A program made the position numbers and the translations under genes. Below are positions 30,262-40,815 of a DNA stretch of 64,000 nucleotides, piece after piece. The notes under the pieces are model-generated. The model was not told where the DNA came from, did not search any database, and was given only the letters and a program-made list of their open reading frames with translations. Location of the stretch: contig CAVRCF010000003.1 of NCBI GenBank assembly GCA_963719505.1, positions 160,001 through 224,000 on the forward strand. Reading direction: 5' to 3'. This DNA comes from Halobacteriovoraceae bacterium. Its GTDB lineage: Bacteria; Bdellovibrionota; Bacteriovoracia; Bacteriovoracales; Bacteriovoracaceae. Position 1 is the stretch's first letter. Every line of letters begins with the position of its first letter.

Positions 30262-31944
30262 TTGAATTATCAAAAGCTTCTAATTATTTTAACTCTCTCA
30301 TTTATTAGCAGTTGTGCGTCAGTCGACCCACAAAAAGAGACCGTTTATGTCAAACAATTAGCTTGGGAAAACTATAAAGGGTGTAAAAACAAATTTAATA
30401 GATATTATCAAAGAGAGGATGCTAAGGAGGTTCTTGTATGTTCTGTAAAATATATGAGGGGAATGCCCAAGCATCATGCACAGTGGGAGGAAGGTAAAGA
30501 GTATATGGCATTCGCGACTAAAGATCGTGAATTTCAGCTTGAGCCAATTTACGATCAAATATACGCTCCTGAGCCAACCTATAGATCAGACCCTCCTTTA
30601 AAAGTCTTTCTGTACAGAAAGAAAAAAGGAGATTTCTTTATTCGTTATGATTTACGCACTAATACAGAAAAAGTAACTCCAATTGATCATTTAGAGCTAG
30701 GAAAAACTTTTTACCGAGCAACTTCATTCGATAAAGTTAGAAAAGACAAACGACTTTATTCAGGAGCATTTTCAGATAATATGCAGGCTTATTATTTTTT
30801 AGATAATGAGTTCAATATTATAAAAAAAATTGAAAATGTTGATAATGATATTAAAAGAAAACTGCTTTTTCCTCCAGTTCATTCACTTCGCTTAACTTTT
30901 CATGTTTCAGCAAAAAATGAAACTCGAATGATAAGACATAACCTTAAAGGGAGAGTGTTTTATCAAGTCTACGACCCGCAAGGAAATAAGCTTGGTGATG
31001 AGATCGACTTCAAAAAAGTAGTCTATTTTTATCAAAAGACGAGTCGAAATGTAAAAGACGCTACTTATGATGTAAGACCTTGGGTTGCTAAGGGAGGTGG
31101 CGTTTATATGCCAATTATTCATCATGGAAGCAATATCTTCTTTGATGGGACTAAAGATTATGGGGATTTCTTAGGTCAATATATATTGCCGGTAAAAGAG
31201 GACCATAGAAATAAAGTTTTTGTTGGATATCAAGAAGCTAAAGGGGAAAAAATTCAGAAAAGCACAGCAGGACCTATCGTTTTTAAAGATGACAAGGGCA
31301 TTTATTTTACAAAGTTAAACTATGATTTTCATGGAGCAGCCAAAGCTCCAATGGGAACTGTTAATTATCTGAAAAAAAAGCCTGAAAGTTTCTATCGAGA
31401 AGTTTTAGAGTTGCCATTTTACCCAGGTACTTTAACTTCTACAGGTGACTTAGTAATAGATGAAATTGAAGTCTATAGAGAACTAGATGATAGCTATTCG
31501 ATTGAAAAAAATGCATTCATCAAACGCAAGATGTCATCAATACATCCTGTAAATCAGTTTAAATCAATTGAAGAAGTTGAAAGAACACTTATAAAAGTTC
31601 AAGAAGATCTAATTGCAAAAGCTAAGATTAGAGCAGAGAAAGATAGAGAGAAAAGAGAATACCAAGAATCTTTAGCAGCAGCGAGAGCTAGAACTGATGA
31701 CATCATGGCCAATAGCAGATCTGCTCGTGACGAGAGACAAAAGAATCACTCAGCCAAAATGGCGATTAAAGATCACAATAAAAAATATGAAAAACCAAAC
31801 CCCTTGTTTAATCTAGATTTACATAAAATCATGGATTCTGCTGGGGCGAAAAGAAAAGCAGCTTGTTACAAAAAAATGAGCGATTCAAAAAAGAAATACT
31901 TAAGCGGATCTCAAGGGTGGTATCTTCAAGGAAAATGTAAGTAA
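30262..31944 (+). CDS. Lipoprotein, C-x23-C QGWY-tail family, copy 1
   Basis: Lipobox ISSC; coiled coil; CYKKMSDSKKKYLSGSQGWYLQGKC tail. Confidence 0.75.
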   Translation: MNYQKLLIILTLSFISSCASVDPQKETVYVKQLAWENYKGCKNKFNRYYQREDAKEVLVCSVKYMRGMPKHHAQWEEGKEYMAFATKDREFQLEPIYDQIYAPEPTYRSDPPLKVFLYRKKKGDFFIRYDLRTNTEKVTPIDHLELGKTFYRATSFDKVRKDKRLYSGAFSDNMQAYYFLDNEFNIIKKIENVDNDIKRKLLFPPVHSLRLTFHVSAKNETRMIRHNLKGRVFYQVYDPQGNKLGDEIDFKKVVYFYQKTSRNVKDATYDVRPWVAKGGGVYMPIIHHGSNIFFDGTKDYGDFLGQYILPVKEDHRNKVFVGYQEAKGEKIQKSTAGPIVFKDDKGIYFTKLNYDFHGAAKAPMGTVNYLKKKPESFYREVLELPFYPGTLTSTGDLVIDEIEVYRELDDSYSIEKNAFIKRKMSSIHPVNQFKSIEEVERTLIKVQEDLIAKAKIRAEKDREKREYQESLAAARARTDDIMANSRSARDERQKNHSAKMAIKDHNKKYEKPNPLFNLDLHKIMDSAGAKRKAACYKKMSDSKKKYLSGSQGWYLQGKCK

Positions 31945-32405
31945 TGGAGAAACTCGTTCATAAAACTTGGCTACTTGATGGGATGTTCCATAGTGCTCCT
32001 GGATTGCTGGTGTTAGAAGGTGAGCGTTTATCATTTCTCCTCGTTGATATTGGGACTTTCTCTGAGGAAAGACTTTCTAAATTTGAAAGCTTTAGGAAAC
32101 TGAAAGATAGTTATAGTAAGCTGTGTAATGGTGAAGTTATCGAGATTGTAAGTTGTGATCTTAATAGTATTCAAGCCAGTTTTCCTTGGTACACTATGAA
32201 GGGAGGAGCGACTCTAAGCTTTAAGGGCCTTGATCAAAAATTAAAGTTATCTTTCATGCAACCACAAAATACAAAGTTTCCCACTCATAAACTAGATAGC
32301 AGCTTGTTACAAGTAATGGCACTTAGTGAAGGAGTGAGTGACCTCAAGTCAGGAATAGCATTTGGAAAAAAGTTCAAAGATATTATGTCTCACATGAACA
32401 CCTAA
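31944..32405 (+). CDS. Partner protein of QGWY-tail lipoprotein
   Basis: TAATG coupling; paralog at 40353-40815 (HKTWLLDG.FHSAPG, QPQNTKFP.HK). Confidence 0.75.
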   Translation: MEKLVHKTWLLDGMFHSAPGLLVLEGERLSFLLVDIGTFSEERLSKFESFRKLKDSYSKLCNGEVIEIVSCDLNSIQASFPWYTMKGGATLSFKGLDQKLKLSFMQPQNTKFPTHKLDSSLLQVMALSEGVSDLKSGIAFGKKFKDIMSHMNT

Positions 32406-32466
32406 ATTTTTCTAGTCTCAGAAAGAAATAAACAAGATCAGAGGCTTGTCGTTTCGAATACAAATC

Positions 32467-33798
32467 TTATACAACTAAGTCACTATCGTTCTCTTCTTCT
32501 CTTGATTCATCATGCGTACTTAGTGCAATTCCAAAGGTTAGAATTCCAACTCTACCCATTAACATTAAGATAACAATAAGAACTTTAGCAGTGAAACCAA
32601 AGTCTGCAGTGATACCCATTGATATCCCAACAGTTCCAAGAGCTGATGCTGCCTCGAATAAGATTTTTAAAAATTCAATTTCAGGGTGGAGTGCCGTTAG
32701 TAAAAACAAAAAGACAAATAAAACAAAAATATAATACGTAAAAGATGCTATTGCTGTGTGAAGTCTTCTCTCTGGTATTTCTCTTTTGCGAAAACGAATC
32801 GAGTTTCTCCCTTTTAGTATACTTCTAACAAGGCCTATAAGAGCTGATAAGGTCGTTAGCTTTAACCCCCCACCAGTACCAGATGGAGAGGCTCCAAAAA
32901 TCATTGCAAAAGTTAAAATGACTAAGGTCGATTTAGAAAGAGTCCCAATATCCAATGTGTTAAAACCTACAGTGGTTGATGCAGTCATCACTTGAAATAA
33001 AGAACTCAAAAAACGATTGAATGGTGAAAGGCTTTGTATGCCGGGCTCAGAAACAAATATTAGAAACGTTCCGATCACGGTTATCCATAAAGTCATCGAT
33101 AGAATGACTTTACTTGTAAATAAGAGACTTTTTCTTTGACCTCTAAAATTTTGCATAATGTCTGCAAAAACAATAAAGCCTATTGCTCCAAGATAGCTTA
33201 ATAGACTTAAAATAAAATTGACGCTTACAGAGTCTCTATAAGTTACAAATCCGTTTGGAAATAAACTAAAACCAGCTGTACAAAATGCAGAGATACTGTG
33301 AAAAATACTAAGCCATAGTGAATTATCTAAACCTTCTGAAGAAAATACAAAGTATAGCCAACACGCACCAATGAGCTCACTTACAAAAGTAAAAAGGATG
33401 ACATTTTTAAGAAAGTCACCAATTTCAAATCCCTCTGGTAGTGAGAAAGCAGACTTTGAGATTGCCTCTCTCGTTCGGGTGAGTCTAGATCCAATTGACA
33501 GAGCTACAAAAGAGCTAAAAGTCATATATCCAAGCCCTCCAGCTTGAAAGAGCAGGAGAACGATCAATTGTCCCCAAAAATTATAGCTAGAAGCTACATC
33601 AATAGTAACCAAACCAGTTGTTGAAACTGCAGAAGTTGCGATAAACAAATTATCAATACCATTAACTTCAGTATTTTGAAAAAATGGGGTGGAGAGAGCA
33701 ATCCAACCAATGATTATATAAGAAAGGTAACCAATAAAGATTGCTTTCGCTGGCTGACTTTTCACGAAAAGATAAATAATTGCAGAAATGCGATTCAT
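32467..33798 (-). CDS. KtrB/TrkH potassium uptake protein
   Basis: TSAVSTTGL, SAFCTAGF, GASPSGTGGGLK, SALGTVG. Confidence 0.9.
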   Translation of the reverse strand: MNRISAIIYLFVKSQPAKAIFIGYLSYIIIGWIALSTPFFQNTEVNGIDNLFIATSAVSTTGLVTIDVASSYNFWGQLIVLLLFQAGGLGYMTFSSFVALSIGSRLTRTREAISKSAFSLPEGFEIGDFLKNVILFTFVSELIGACWLYFVFSSEGLDNSLWLSIFHSISAFCTAGFSLFPNGFVTYRDSVSVNFILSLLSYLGAIGFIVFADIMQNFRGQRKSLLFTSKVILSMTLWITVIGTFLIFVSEPGIQSLSPFNRFLSSLFQVMTASTTVGFNTLDIGTLSKSTLVILTFAMIFGASPSGTGGGLKLTTLSALIGLVRSILKGRNSIRFRKREIPERRLHTAIASFTYYIFVLFVFLFLLTALHPEIEFLKILFEAASALGTVGISMGITADFGFTAKVLIVILMLMGRVGILTFGIALSTHDESREEENDSDLVV

Positions 33799-34247
33799 AA
33801 TAAAACCTATTTTTTTTGATCTTAATTTTAGTTGTGATAATTAAGAATGACTACTTTTTTCAAATAAATCCTCGATCCTTTTCAAACCTCAAAAAAAATA
33901 CAAACGAAGGAGGCTAGTCATTTTGTTATTATAAACCGCCCAAAAAAGGGGCGAAAGTGCTCGCTAAAAACAACTGATCCCTAAATTTGTATCCCGAGTT
34001 ATATGTGCCCATAATCATTAAGCTTTAGTCTAGTAGCCGACAGGTTTAGTCATCGCTCCTCGATAAGAAGGACTTAAAACAATGGCTCTCTCCACGTCAA
34101 AAATTGGCTCTCATTAAAAACAAGAAACCTGTAGAGGTAAGAGCGAGCTTCAGGGAAATCTGAATAATATTGAGCTTTTCTCTTTATTTAAAAAATAGTA
34201 TCGTTTTTTACGTCAATAATTAAATTGTCACAGGATATGGTTGTATT

Positions 34248-35654
34248 ATGAAACAAGATTTTTTTAAACAAGTAGAGTTAAACTTTGATGAGGCTGCAAA
34301 ATATTTAAACAGCTCTAAAGATATCCTAAATCAAATAAAAGCAACTAATACAATTATTACCTTGAAATTTCCAATTAAGCGAGATGACGGATCTGTAGAG
34401 GTCATTCAAGCGTGGAGAGCACAACATAGTTATCACCGAGCTCCATGTAAAGGGGGAATTCGTTATGCCGCCATTGCAAATGAAGATGAAGTGAAAGCGC
34501 TTGCGGCTCTCATGAGTTATAAATGTGCCGTTGTGGATGTTCCATTTGGTGGAGCGAAAGGTGCTGTTAAAATTAATACGAAAGACTATTCTGAAGCAGA
34601 GCTAGAGCGCATAACGAGAAGACTGACTTTTGAACTTTATAATAGAAATTTTATTGGTCCAGGCATTGATGTTCCGGCACCTGATTACGGATCTGGTCCT
34701 AGAGAAATGGCTTGGATAGCAGATACGTTTAGGTCTCTATCAAATGACATCAATGGCTTAGGATGTGTAACTGGAAAGCCTGTATCCCAAGGTGGTATTA
34801 GAGGAAGAAACGAAGCAACTGGTATGGGGGTGGCTTTTGGACTACGCGAATTTTGTGAATCTGAAGAGTACTTAGGTAAATTAGGTTTACCTATTGGAAT
34901 AAGTGGCAAGAAAGTTGCCATTCAGGGATTCGGTAACGTCGGTTATCACAGTGCTTTCTATTTGGAACAGATGGGAGCTAAAATTGTGGCGATTTCTGAG
35001 TACGAGGGAATCATTGAAAATCCAGAAGGATTAAATATTGTTGAATTGCTAGCTCATCGTAAAGAAAATAAGTCTTTTAAAGGTTACAAAGGTGGAACGT
35101 TTTCAACTGATACGAATAAAATCTTCTCTTTCGATTGTGATATTCTTATCCCAGCGGCTTTAGAGTCACAAATCACCACGGAAAATTATAATGATGTAAA
35201 AGCTCAAATTATTGCAGAGGCTGCAAATGGACCTGTAACTTTTGATGCAAGTAAGAAGCTTTTTGAAAAAGGAGTCGTTGTTATTCCAGATATTTATTTA
35301 AATGCTGGTGGGGTAACAGTTTCTTACTTTGAATGGATAAAGAATTTATCACATATTAGGTTTGGAAGAATTGAAAGTCGAAATGATCAGACTAGCTACA
35401 AAAACATCGTCAACATGGTTTCAGAGATGACGGGTAAGAAAGTTGATAAGAGTATCATCGAGAAGTTTTCAACTAAAGGTGATGAAGCTTCATTGGTTGC
35501 TTCTGGACTTGAAGAAACAATGATAACTGCTTTACAGGACCTTCTTTTAATAGCGAAAGAACACAAATACGAAATTGATCTAAGAACTGCTGCGTTCATT
35601 TGTGCTATAAAGAAAATTTCTCTTTGCTATGAAGAAAGTGGAATCTTTCCTTAA
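34248..35654 (+). CDS. gdhA: Glutamate dehydrogenase (Glu/Leu/Phe/Val family)
   Basis: KGGIRY, PFGGAKG, DVPAPD, IQGFGNVG, NAGGVTVSYFEW. Confidence 0.92.
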   Translation: MKQDFFKQVELNFDEAAKYLNSSKDILNQIKATNTIITLKFPIKRDDGSVEVIQAWRAQHSYHRAPCKGGIRYAAIANEDEVKALAALMSYKCAVVDVPFGGAKGAVKINTKDYSEAELERITRRLTFELYNRNFIGPGIDVPAPDYGSGPREMAWIADTFRSLSNDINGLGCVTGKPVSQGGIRGRNEATGMGVAFGLREFCESEEYLGKLGLPIGISGKKVAIQGFGNVGYHSAFYLEQMGAKIVAISEYEGIIENPEGLNIVELLAHRKENKSFKGYKGGTFSTDTNKIFSFDCDILIPAALESQITTENYNDVKAQIIAEAANGPVTFDASKKLFEKGVVVIPDIYLNAGGVTVSYFEWIKNLSHIRFGRIESRNDQTSYKNIVNMVSEMTGKKVDKSIIEKFSTKGDEASLVASGLEETMITALQDLLLIAKEHKYEIDLRTAAFICAIKKISLCYEESGIFP

Positions 35655-35910
35655 AATCAAATGATAATGAATCTCATTCATCAATATGGCTCAGATTTTT
35701 TCATTTTTTTACAAGATGTCTGAGTCAGTAATGACATATAAACTATCAATTTCTAAAGATGAAATAAATCAACTGCCCTCGTTTTGATTTCAATGGAAAT
35801 TCTCACCATCAAACGACTAGACCCGGTGACGCTCTTCGATTACTTTAATAATTTAGCATCACAAAGTGCGAAATAATTTTCTAGATCCAATTTACTTTGA
35901 ATTTAATTGG

Positions 35911-36029
35911 GCACGAACTCTTGGACCTTCTCAAACCCCAGAAACAAAAAAGCTGGGAAGCTTGTAATTTGAGTAATCTAAATGTCCAAGAAAGGGTTCT
36001 GAAATGGCGAGAGCGGCTCAACTTAAACC
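35911..36029. repeat. tRNA-Asp-linked att-like repeat, copy A (both arms, diverged)
   Basis: CACGAACTCTTG…AAACCCCAGAAAC…GTAATCTAAATG…GGGTTC + TGGCGAGAGCGGCTCAACTTAAACC. Confidence 0.85.
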
Positions 36030-36229
36030 TACTTAATATTATATACTACTAATTAGATCGGCTATTGCCGCTTTTAACTTTTTAACTATTGTTAGACTAT
36101 TAAAAAACGCTTCTAAACTAAATTATACATATTAAAAGTTAAGTTTGAAGAATATGATAAAATTAATCCTGCGGACGAGTTAAAATTTTTGTATTTATTA
36201 ATAATGTTTAGAAAACGGAGAACTCTAAA

Positions 36230-37693
36230 ATGAGCAATTTCTTTATTTATTTAACAATGTTTCTTTTAAGTATTAGTCTGATTTCATGCTCATCTGGCCC
36301 AACTAGTGGTGGTTACTTTCCTCAGGGGAAACCATTCAATATCGAGGGAACTGTATTTGAATATAGATACACAAAAGATAGCAAGTATGGGCTTACTATC
36401 GAATATTCTAATACTTGGGAACTTGAACCTATTTACTCTTCGATTAAAATCTTAAGTAAAAATGTTATACTCGTTTTAGAAACTGGAGCTAAATTTTATA
36501 AGCATTACAACTATAATACAAAAGAAATGAAAGAGACTGAAATTACCAAGGTTTATGTACCTGCTAATGAAGGCGAAAATGGTGCAGGCAGGGCAGTTTA
36601 TGTTGTTGTCAAAAAAGACTCATCTCACCATTTAGTTACTGATAAGCAAAACTTGAGTTTATTTGAATTAAAAGATCTTGATACCACAGACTCAAATTTA
36701 TTAGTGACGCAAACTCCTTTTGGTGATTTATTTATTCGTAAAAAAATTAATGATAGAAAATTTTACCAAGGAGTTTCAGCCAAAGGCGAGCTGACATCTT
36801 CTACATTCCCGGCGGATAAAGTTCACTTCATGATGAATGAAAGCACAATTAAAAAAGTCACACAATACCTGATACCGCTATTAACAATTGATGAATCGAG
36901 AGAGTTATACTGGCCAATTATCTTCTATTTCAATAATAACAAAGAATATTTAATTGAGAAGCCTGATCACATTCAGGGAGCTTACGTTGATTTTAATTTA
37001 AATGTATACAATCCTAGTTACAAAAAAAATCTATTTAATTTACCAACGAGTAGTGTGTTTTTCATTGTTTACTCTGGGCAGAACGGAAACAGTGCGTTTG
37101 AAAAAAGCTTTGTTATGCAAGACCTAGGTAGTTTTTCAGAAATGAAAAAAGTGCTTACAGACAAACCTAATAATATTAATGGTCTAAATCTGATTAGCAT
37201 ATTACCCGGAAAAGATAGTACTGGTAAAGGAGTTGTTTTTAATAATACTTTTCCTATTCTAAAAAATGAAGAAGGTAAGTATACTATTAAATCGCGTTTT
37301 GGAAGCTATAATGCAAACAATAGAGAATTTGATACACTTGACCAGGTTAGAAATCATTTAAATGAGAGAAGTTTAAATATTAATTCTGTCTCTACGAAAA
37401 TGTATGCTGATAACAAGAAAGAAGAGGCAAATAGAAGAGCAGTTAGTGATGCCACAGATAAAAGGATCAAAGATTGGCAGGATAAATTAAATGCCTCAGA
37501 CCTGGCAATTAAACAGGCTAATGAGCAAGCACAAAAAGATGAGAAAAATCGCGCCTGGAAAAGTGTCGGAGATCAAATTCAAAATGCTGGAGATAAAGCA
37601 AAGGTCAAAGGGGACTGTATCAGAAAAAGAACTCAGACCAAAAAAGATTACTTAGACAAGAAACAGGGATGGTATGAGACAGGTGGTTGTTAG
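36230..37693 (+). CDS. Lipoprotein, C-x23-C QGWY-tail family, copy 2
   Basis: Lipobox LISC; CIRKRTQTKKDYLDKKQGWYETGGC tail; sole gene between repeats A and B. Confidence 0.78.
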   Translation: MSNFFIYLTMFLLSISLISCSSGPTSGGYFPQGKPFNIEGTVFEYRYTKDSKYGLTIEYSNTWELEPIYSSIKILSKNVILVLETGAKFYKHYNYNTKEMKETEITKVYVPANEGENGAGRAVYVVVKKDSSHHLVTDKQNLSLFELKDLDTTDSNLLVTQTPFGDLFIRKKINDRKFYQGVSAKGELTSSTFPADKVHFMMNESTIKKVTQYLIPLLTIDESRELYWPIIFYFNNNKEYLIEKPDHIQGAYVDFNLNVYNPSYKKNLFNLPTSSVFFIVYSGQNGNSAFEKSFVMQDLGSFSEMKKVLTDKPNNINGLNLISILPGKDSTGKGVVFNNTFPILKNEEGKYTIKSRFGSYNANNREFDTLDQVRNHLNERSLNINSVSTKMYADNKKEEANRRAVSDATDKRIKDWQDKLNASDLAIKQANEQAQKDEKNRAWKSVGDQIQNAGDKAKVKGDCIRKRTQTKKDYLDKKQGWYETGGC

Positions 37694-37752
37694 TTAGATT
37701 CTCCAGACTTTATGATATTTACCTAGTTATCACTTTTTAATTTGGTTAGTAT

Positions 37753-37869
37753 GAACTCTTGAACCTTTTTAAACCCCAGAAACAAAAAAACAAGCTCAAG
37801 GCTTGTAATTTTGGTAATCTGAATGCCTTAAAAGGGTTCGGAGATGGGGGGAGCGGCTTCACTTGAGCC
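37753..37869. repeat. tRNA-Asp-linked att-like repeat, copy B (both arms)
   Basis: Near-identical to 57997-58101, then GCTTCACTTGAGCC. Confidence 0.88.
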
Positions 37870-37971
37870 AATTTTCAAATGTTTAGATGTCTCAACTATG
37901 TCAATTCCTTGCAGTTAATCTTACAAGACCAAATAAGTTCTAGTGTGTAAATTAGTGAATTTTATTTACTG

Positions 37972-37992
37972 CTGTATCGAATAGTGATACAG
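37972..37992. promoter_or_regulatory. Inverted repeat, likely HigA operator
   Basis: CTGTATC-N7-GATACAG just upstream of higB. Confidence 0.5.
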
Positions 37993-38014
37993 TGATAAGG
38001 CAGATGGAGTTATT

Positions 38015-38305
38015 TTGATTATTAATTTTCAAGGAAAGATAGCCAAAGACATATGGGTGACGAATACCTCCAAGTCTTTACCAAGAGAATTATGGATACG
38101 TGCCAAAGCCTTACTGACAATTATACATGCAACAAGAGACTTGGATGATTTAAAAATTAAAGGACAACCACCCAATATTCGTCTTCATAAACTAAAAGGC
38201 GATCGAAAAGAATATTGGAGCATAACAATAAAATTACCTTGGTGTATTACGTTCAAGTTTAAAAATGGTGAATTTACCGAGGTTAAGATAGAAAACTATC
38301 ATTAA
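38015..38305 (+). CDS. higB: HigB toxin (RelE/ParE superfamily)
   Basis: PPNIRLHKLKGDRKEYWSI…W.ITFKF…V.IENYH. Confidence 0.88.
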   Translation: MIINFQGKIAKDIWVTNTSKSLPRELWIRAKALLTIIHATRDLDDLKIKGQPPNIRLHKLKGDRKEYWSITIKLPWCITFKFKNGEFTEVKIENYH

Positions 38306-38309
38306 GAAA

Positions 38310-38585
38310 GTGAGGTCTATTATGATTACTAATCCTATGCCAATGCACCCAGGTGAAGTTTTATCTTCTATTTATATGAGTGAAATGGGTCTTACTCAGG
38401 TTGGACTTGCTAAGCTCTGCAAATGTACGAGTGCAAAAGTAAACGAGATTGTTAATAAGAAACGCGGTATCACAGCAGCTTTTGCAATAACACTAGAGAC
38501 TGTCCTTGGTACAAGTGCAGAGATGTGGGTGAGAATGCAAGCAGAGTATGACCTTTGGGAAGCTAGGCAGAAGTTGGCTTCTTGA
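38310..38585 (+). CDS. higA: HigA antitoxin
   Basis: PMHPGEVL, HTH, RGITA, TSAEMW.RMQAEYDL. Confidence 0.9.
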   Translation: MRSIMITNPMPMHPGEVLSSIYMSEMGLTQVGLAKLCKCTSAKVNEIVNKKRGITAAFAITLETVLGTSAEMWVRMQAEYDLWEARQKLAS

Positions 38586-38849
38586 TGGATGGTACTTTTA
38601 TGTCTTAGAATTGGGTATTTAAGAGCCAAATTATATGGCCCTTATTGATTGACTTGATTATTTGTTTAGATCAACTCGATATATACACGAATGGTTACCA
38701 TTAGAATTTAGTAATTTTTCAACCATTTCAAACTGATAAGTTTCATTAATTTTTTTAATAGATACAATATGCCTTGCAATTAAATTAGGTGTTTGAGTTC
38801 CTAGTTCATTTGATGCAAAAGAAGTGCTTCCAGTTATTTTTGCATAATT

Positions 38850-40088
38850 TGGAAGTAACACGAATTGCGTTTACAACACCTGACTAAATATTGCCGGTAA
38901 TATTTGAGTCATGCGTTCTCAGTTAAAATTGTAGTAACCACAAAACAATTTTTAACAAAAGGAAAACACATGACTCAACAACAGTATCTCATTAATCGTA
39001 AGCTCAACATAGTTGAATTTGCAGACACTTTAAAAAATATTACAAAAGCATGCAAAAGACTTGGTGTAAGCCGACAGCATTACTACGATATTAAAACTGC
39101 CATACAAGAAGACGGACTTGAAGGCCTTATAGAAAAGTCTAGAAGAGGTCCAAGAGTTGGAAACAGGTGCGCTCCAGAAGTCGAGAAAGCTGTTCTAGAC
39201 TATTCTTTACAGTATCCTACCCATGGACAAGTTCGAGTTTCGAATGAGCTTAAAAGAAAAAGCAATATTGCTATTAGCGCTGGCGGAATTCGCTCAATCT
39301 GGCTCAGGCATGACTTACAAGTAAAACATCTAAGGTTAAAACGTCTAGAGAAATGGTCGGCTCAGGAGAATAATATTTTAACTGAGTCTCAAGTCCAAGC
39401 ACTCGAAGAGAGAAAGCAAGAGAAAGAAGCTCATGGCGAAGTAGAGACTCATCACTCTGGATTTCTATTCGCCCAAGATACTTACTACGTTGGCTACATT
39501 AAAGGTGTTGGAAAAATTTATCAGCAAACAGGAATTGATACCTATTCTAATGTGGGGTTTGCAAAACTCTATCTGGATAAAAGTCAAACTGTTGCGGCAG
39601 ATTTTTTAAACAGCAAAGTACTTCCATTCTTCGACGAACACAGGATCTCAGTTCTTAGGATTTTGACAGACAATGGACGAGAATATTGTGGTCACAAAGA
39701 TGCGCATCACTATCAATTATTCATGCACTTGAATGATATAGAACATAGTCGAACAAAAGTAAGACATCCTCAAACGAATGGATCAGTAGAGAAATTAAAT
39801 CAAATCATCCAAAATGAATTTTATAGTGTTGCATTTAGAAAGAAGCTTTATACGAGCCTAGAAGGACTGCAGGATGATCTTGATTTTTACATGAAGGATT
39901 ACAACTTCGACAGAACAAATCAAGGAAAGAGGTGCAAAGGAAGAACTCCTTATGAAACATTTTCAGAAGGAGTAAAATTGTATAAAGAAATGGTTTTTGA
40001 CACCGAGGTAGAAAGTAGCGAAATAGATTTACAATAGTTTTATATTTTGACTGAGAGCGTTTTGTAAACGCAAGTCGTGACTACTGCA
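38850..40088 (+). mobile_element. IS481-family insertion sequence
   Basis: 27-bp imperfect terminal IRs (…CACGAATTGCGTTTACAA / TTGTAAACGCAAGTCGTG…); CATAATT duplicated at 38843-38849 and 40089-40095. Confidence 0.9.
38970..40037 (+). CDS. IS481-family transposase
   Basis: QDTYYVG, LTDNGREYCG, HPQTNG.VE DDE motifs; ATG 38970 after AGGA. Confidence 0.92.
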   Translation: MTQQQYLINRKLNIVEFADTLKNITKACKRLGVSRQHYYDIKTAIQEDGLEGLIEKSRRGPRVGNRCAPEVEKAVLDYSLQYPTHGQVRVSNELKRKSNIAISAGGIRSIWLRHDLQVKHLRLKRLEKWSAQENNILTESQVQALEERKQEKEAHGEVETHHSGFLFAQDTYYVGYIKGVGKIYQQTGIDTYSNVGFAKLYLDKSQTVAADFLNSKVLPFFDEHRISVLRILTDNGREYCGHKDAHHYQLFMHLNDIEHSRTKVRHPQTNGSVEKLNQIIQNEFYSVAFRKKLYTSLEGLQDDLDFYMKDYNFDRTNQGKRCKGRTPYETFSEGVKLYKEMVFDTEVESSEIDLQ

Positions 40089-40352
40089 CATAATTAACAA
40101 TATCCTTAGGATTAAAAACACCAAGTTCATTTCTGTAGCCCATTATAGGATGTGGGCAGAAGTATCTAGCAGAAGGTTGCAAACGGAGGGTTGAGAACTT
40201 CACTATAGATTGATTTGCTAAACTTCTACGGTGGTCACTTGGTACAGGTATGGTCTGCTAGCAAACTAATTTTTTTATTTGGTTTTTAAAGTATGCACGA
40301 GTAGAGATTTTTCTTTTGAACCTCTTTCTAGTCTCTATTCTAACCAAAAAGC

Positions 40353-40815
40353 TTACTTTCCTAGTATTGTTTTAAGTTTATTCCCAAATTCTCTTCCTGC
40401 TTTCAAATCACTTATGCCTTCATTAATGGACATTAATTGAATCAATGAATTATCAATCTTGTGATAGGGGAATTTAGTATTTTGAGGTTGTACAAAGGAG
40501 AAGCGCACAGGCTTTGCTAGACCTCCAATATTAAGCACTGCACCTCCCATAAAGAAGTACCATGGAAATTTAGCTTTAATATTTTGCTTTGACCCCCAAT
40601 TCAGTATTGATTAATTGGACCGGTTCTTCTTTTTTCAGAAAGTCGATACTACTCTCTGTATTACTGTAGGCTTCTAAATCTAAAAGCTTTTTCTCACTAA
40701 ATGTTCCTCGCCCAACAAGAGAAAAAGAAAACATACTGTTATCAATTTCAATATACCCTGGTGCGCTGTGAAATATCCCATCTAATAACCACGTTTTATG
40801 AACTATATTTCTCAT
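40353..40815 (-). pseudogene. Partner protein paralog, frameshifted in a G5 run (about 40593-40597)
   Basis: Two ORFs jointly align to 31944-32405; deleting one G gives …LGSKQNIKAKFPWY. Confidence 0.75.

Larger units (their letters stand above)
38658..40250 (-). pseudogene. Hypothetical ORF split by IS481
   Basis: Removing the IS plus one CATAATT restores the frame …GVFNPKDIVNY|AKITGST…. Confidence 0.55.

Noticed and set aside
35730-35810. MTYKLSISKDEINQLP, resembling a 3'-5' exonuclease N-terminus
   Set aside because: Too short and broken to support
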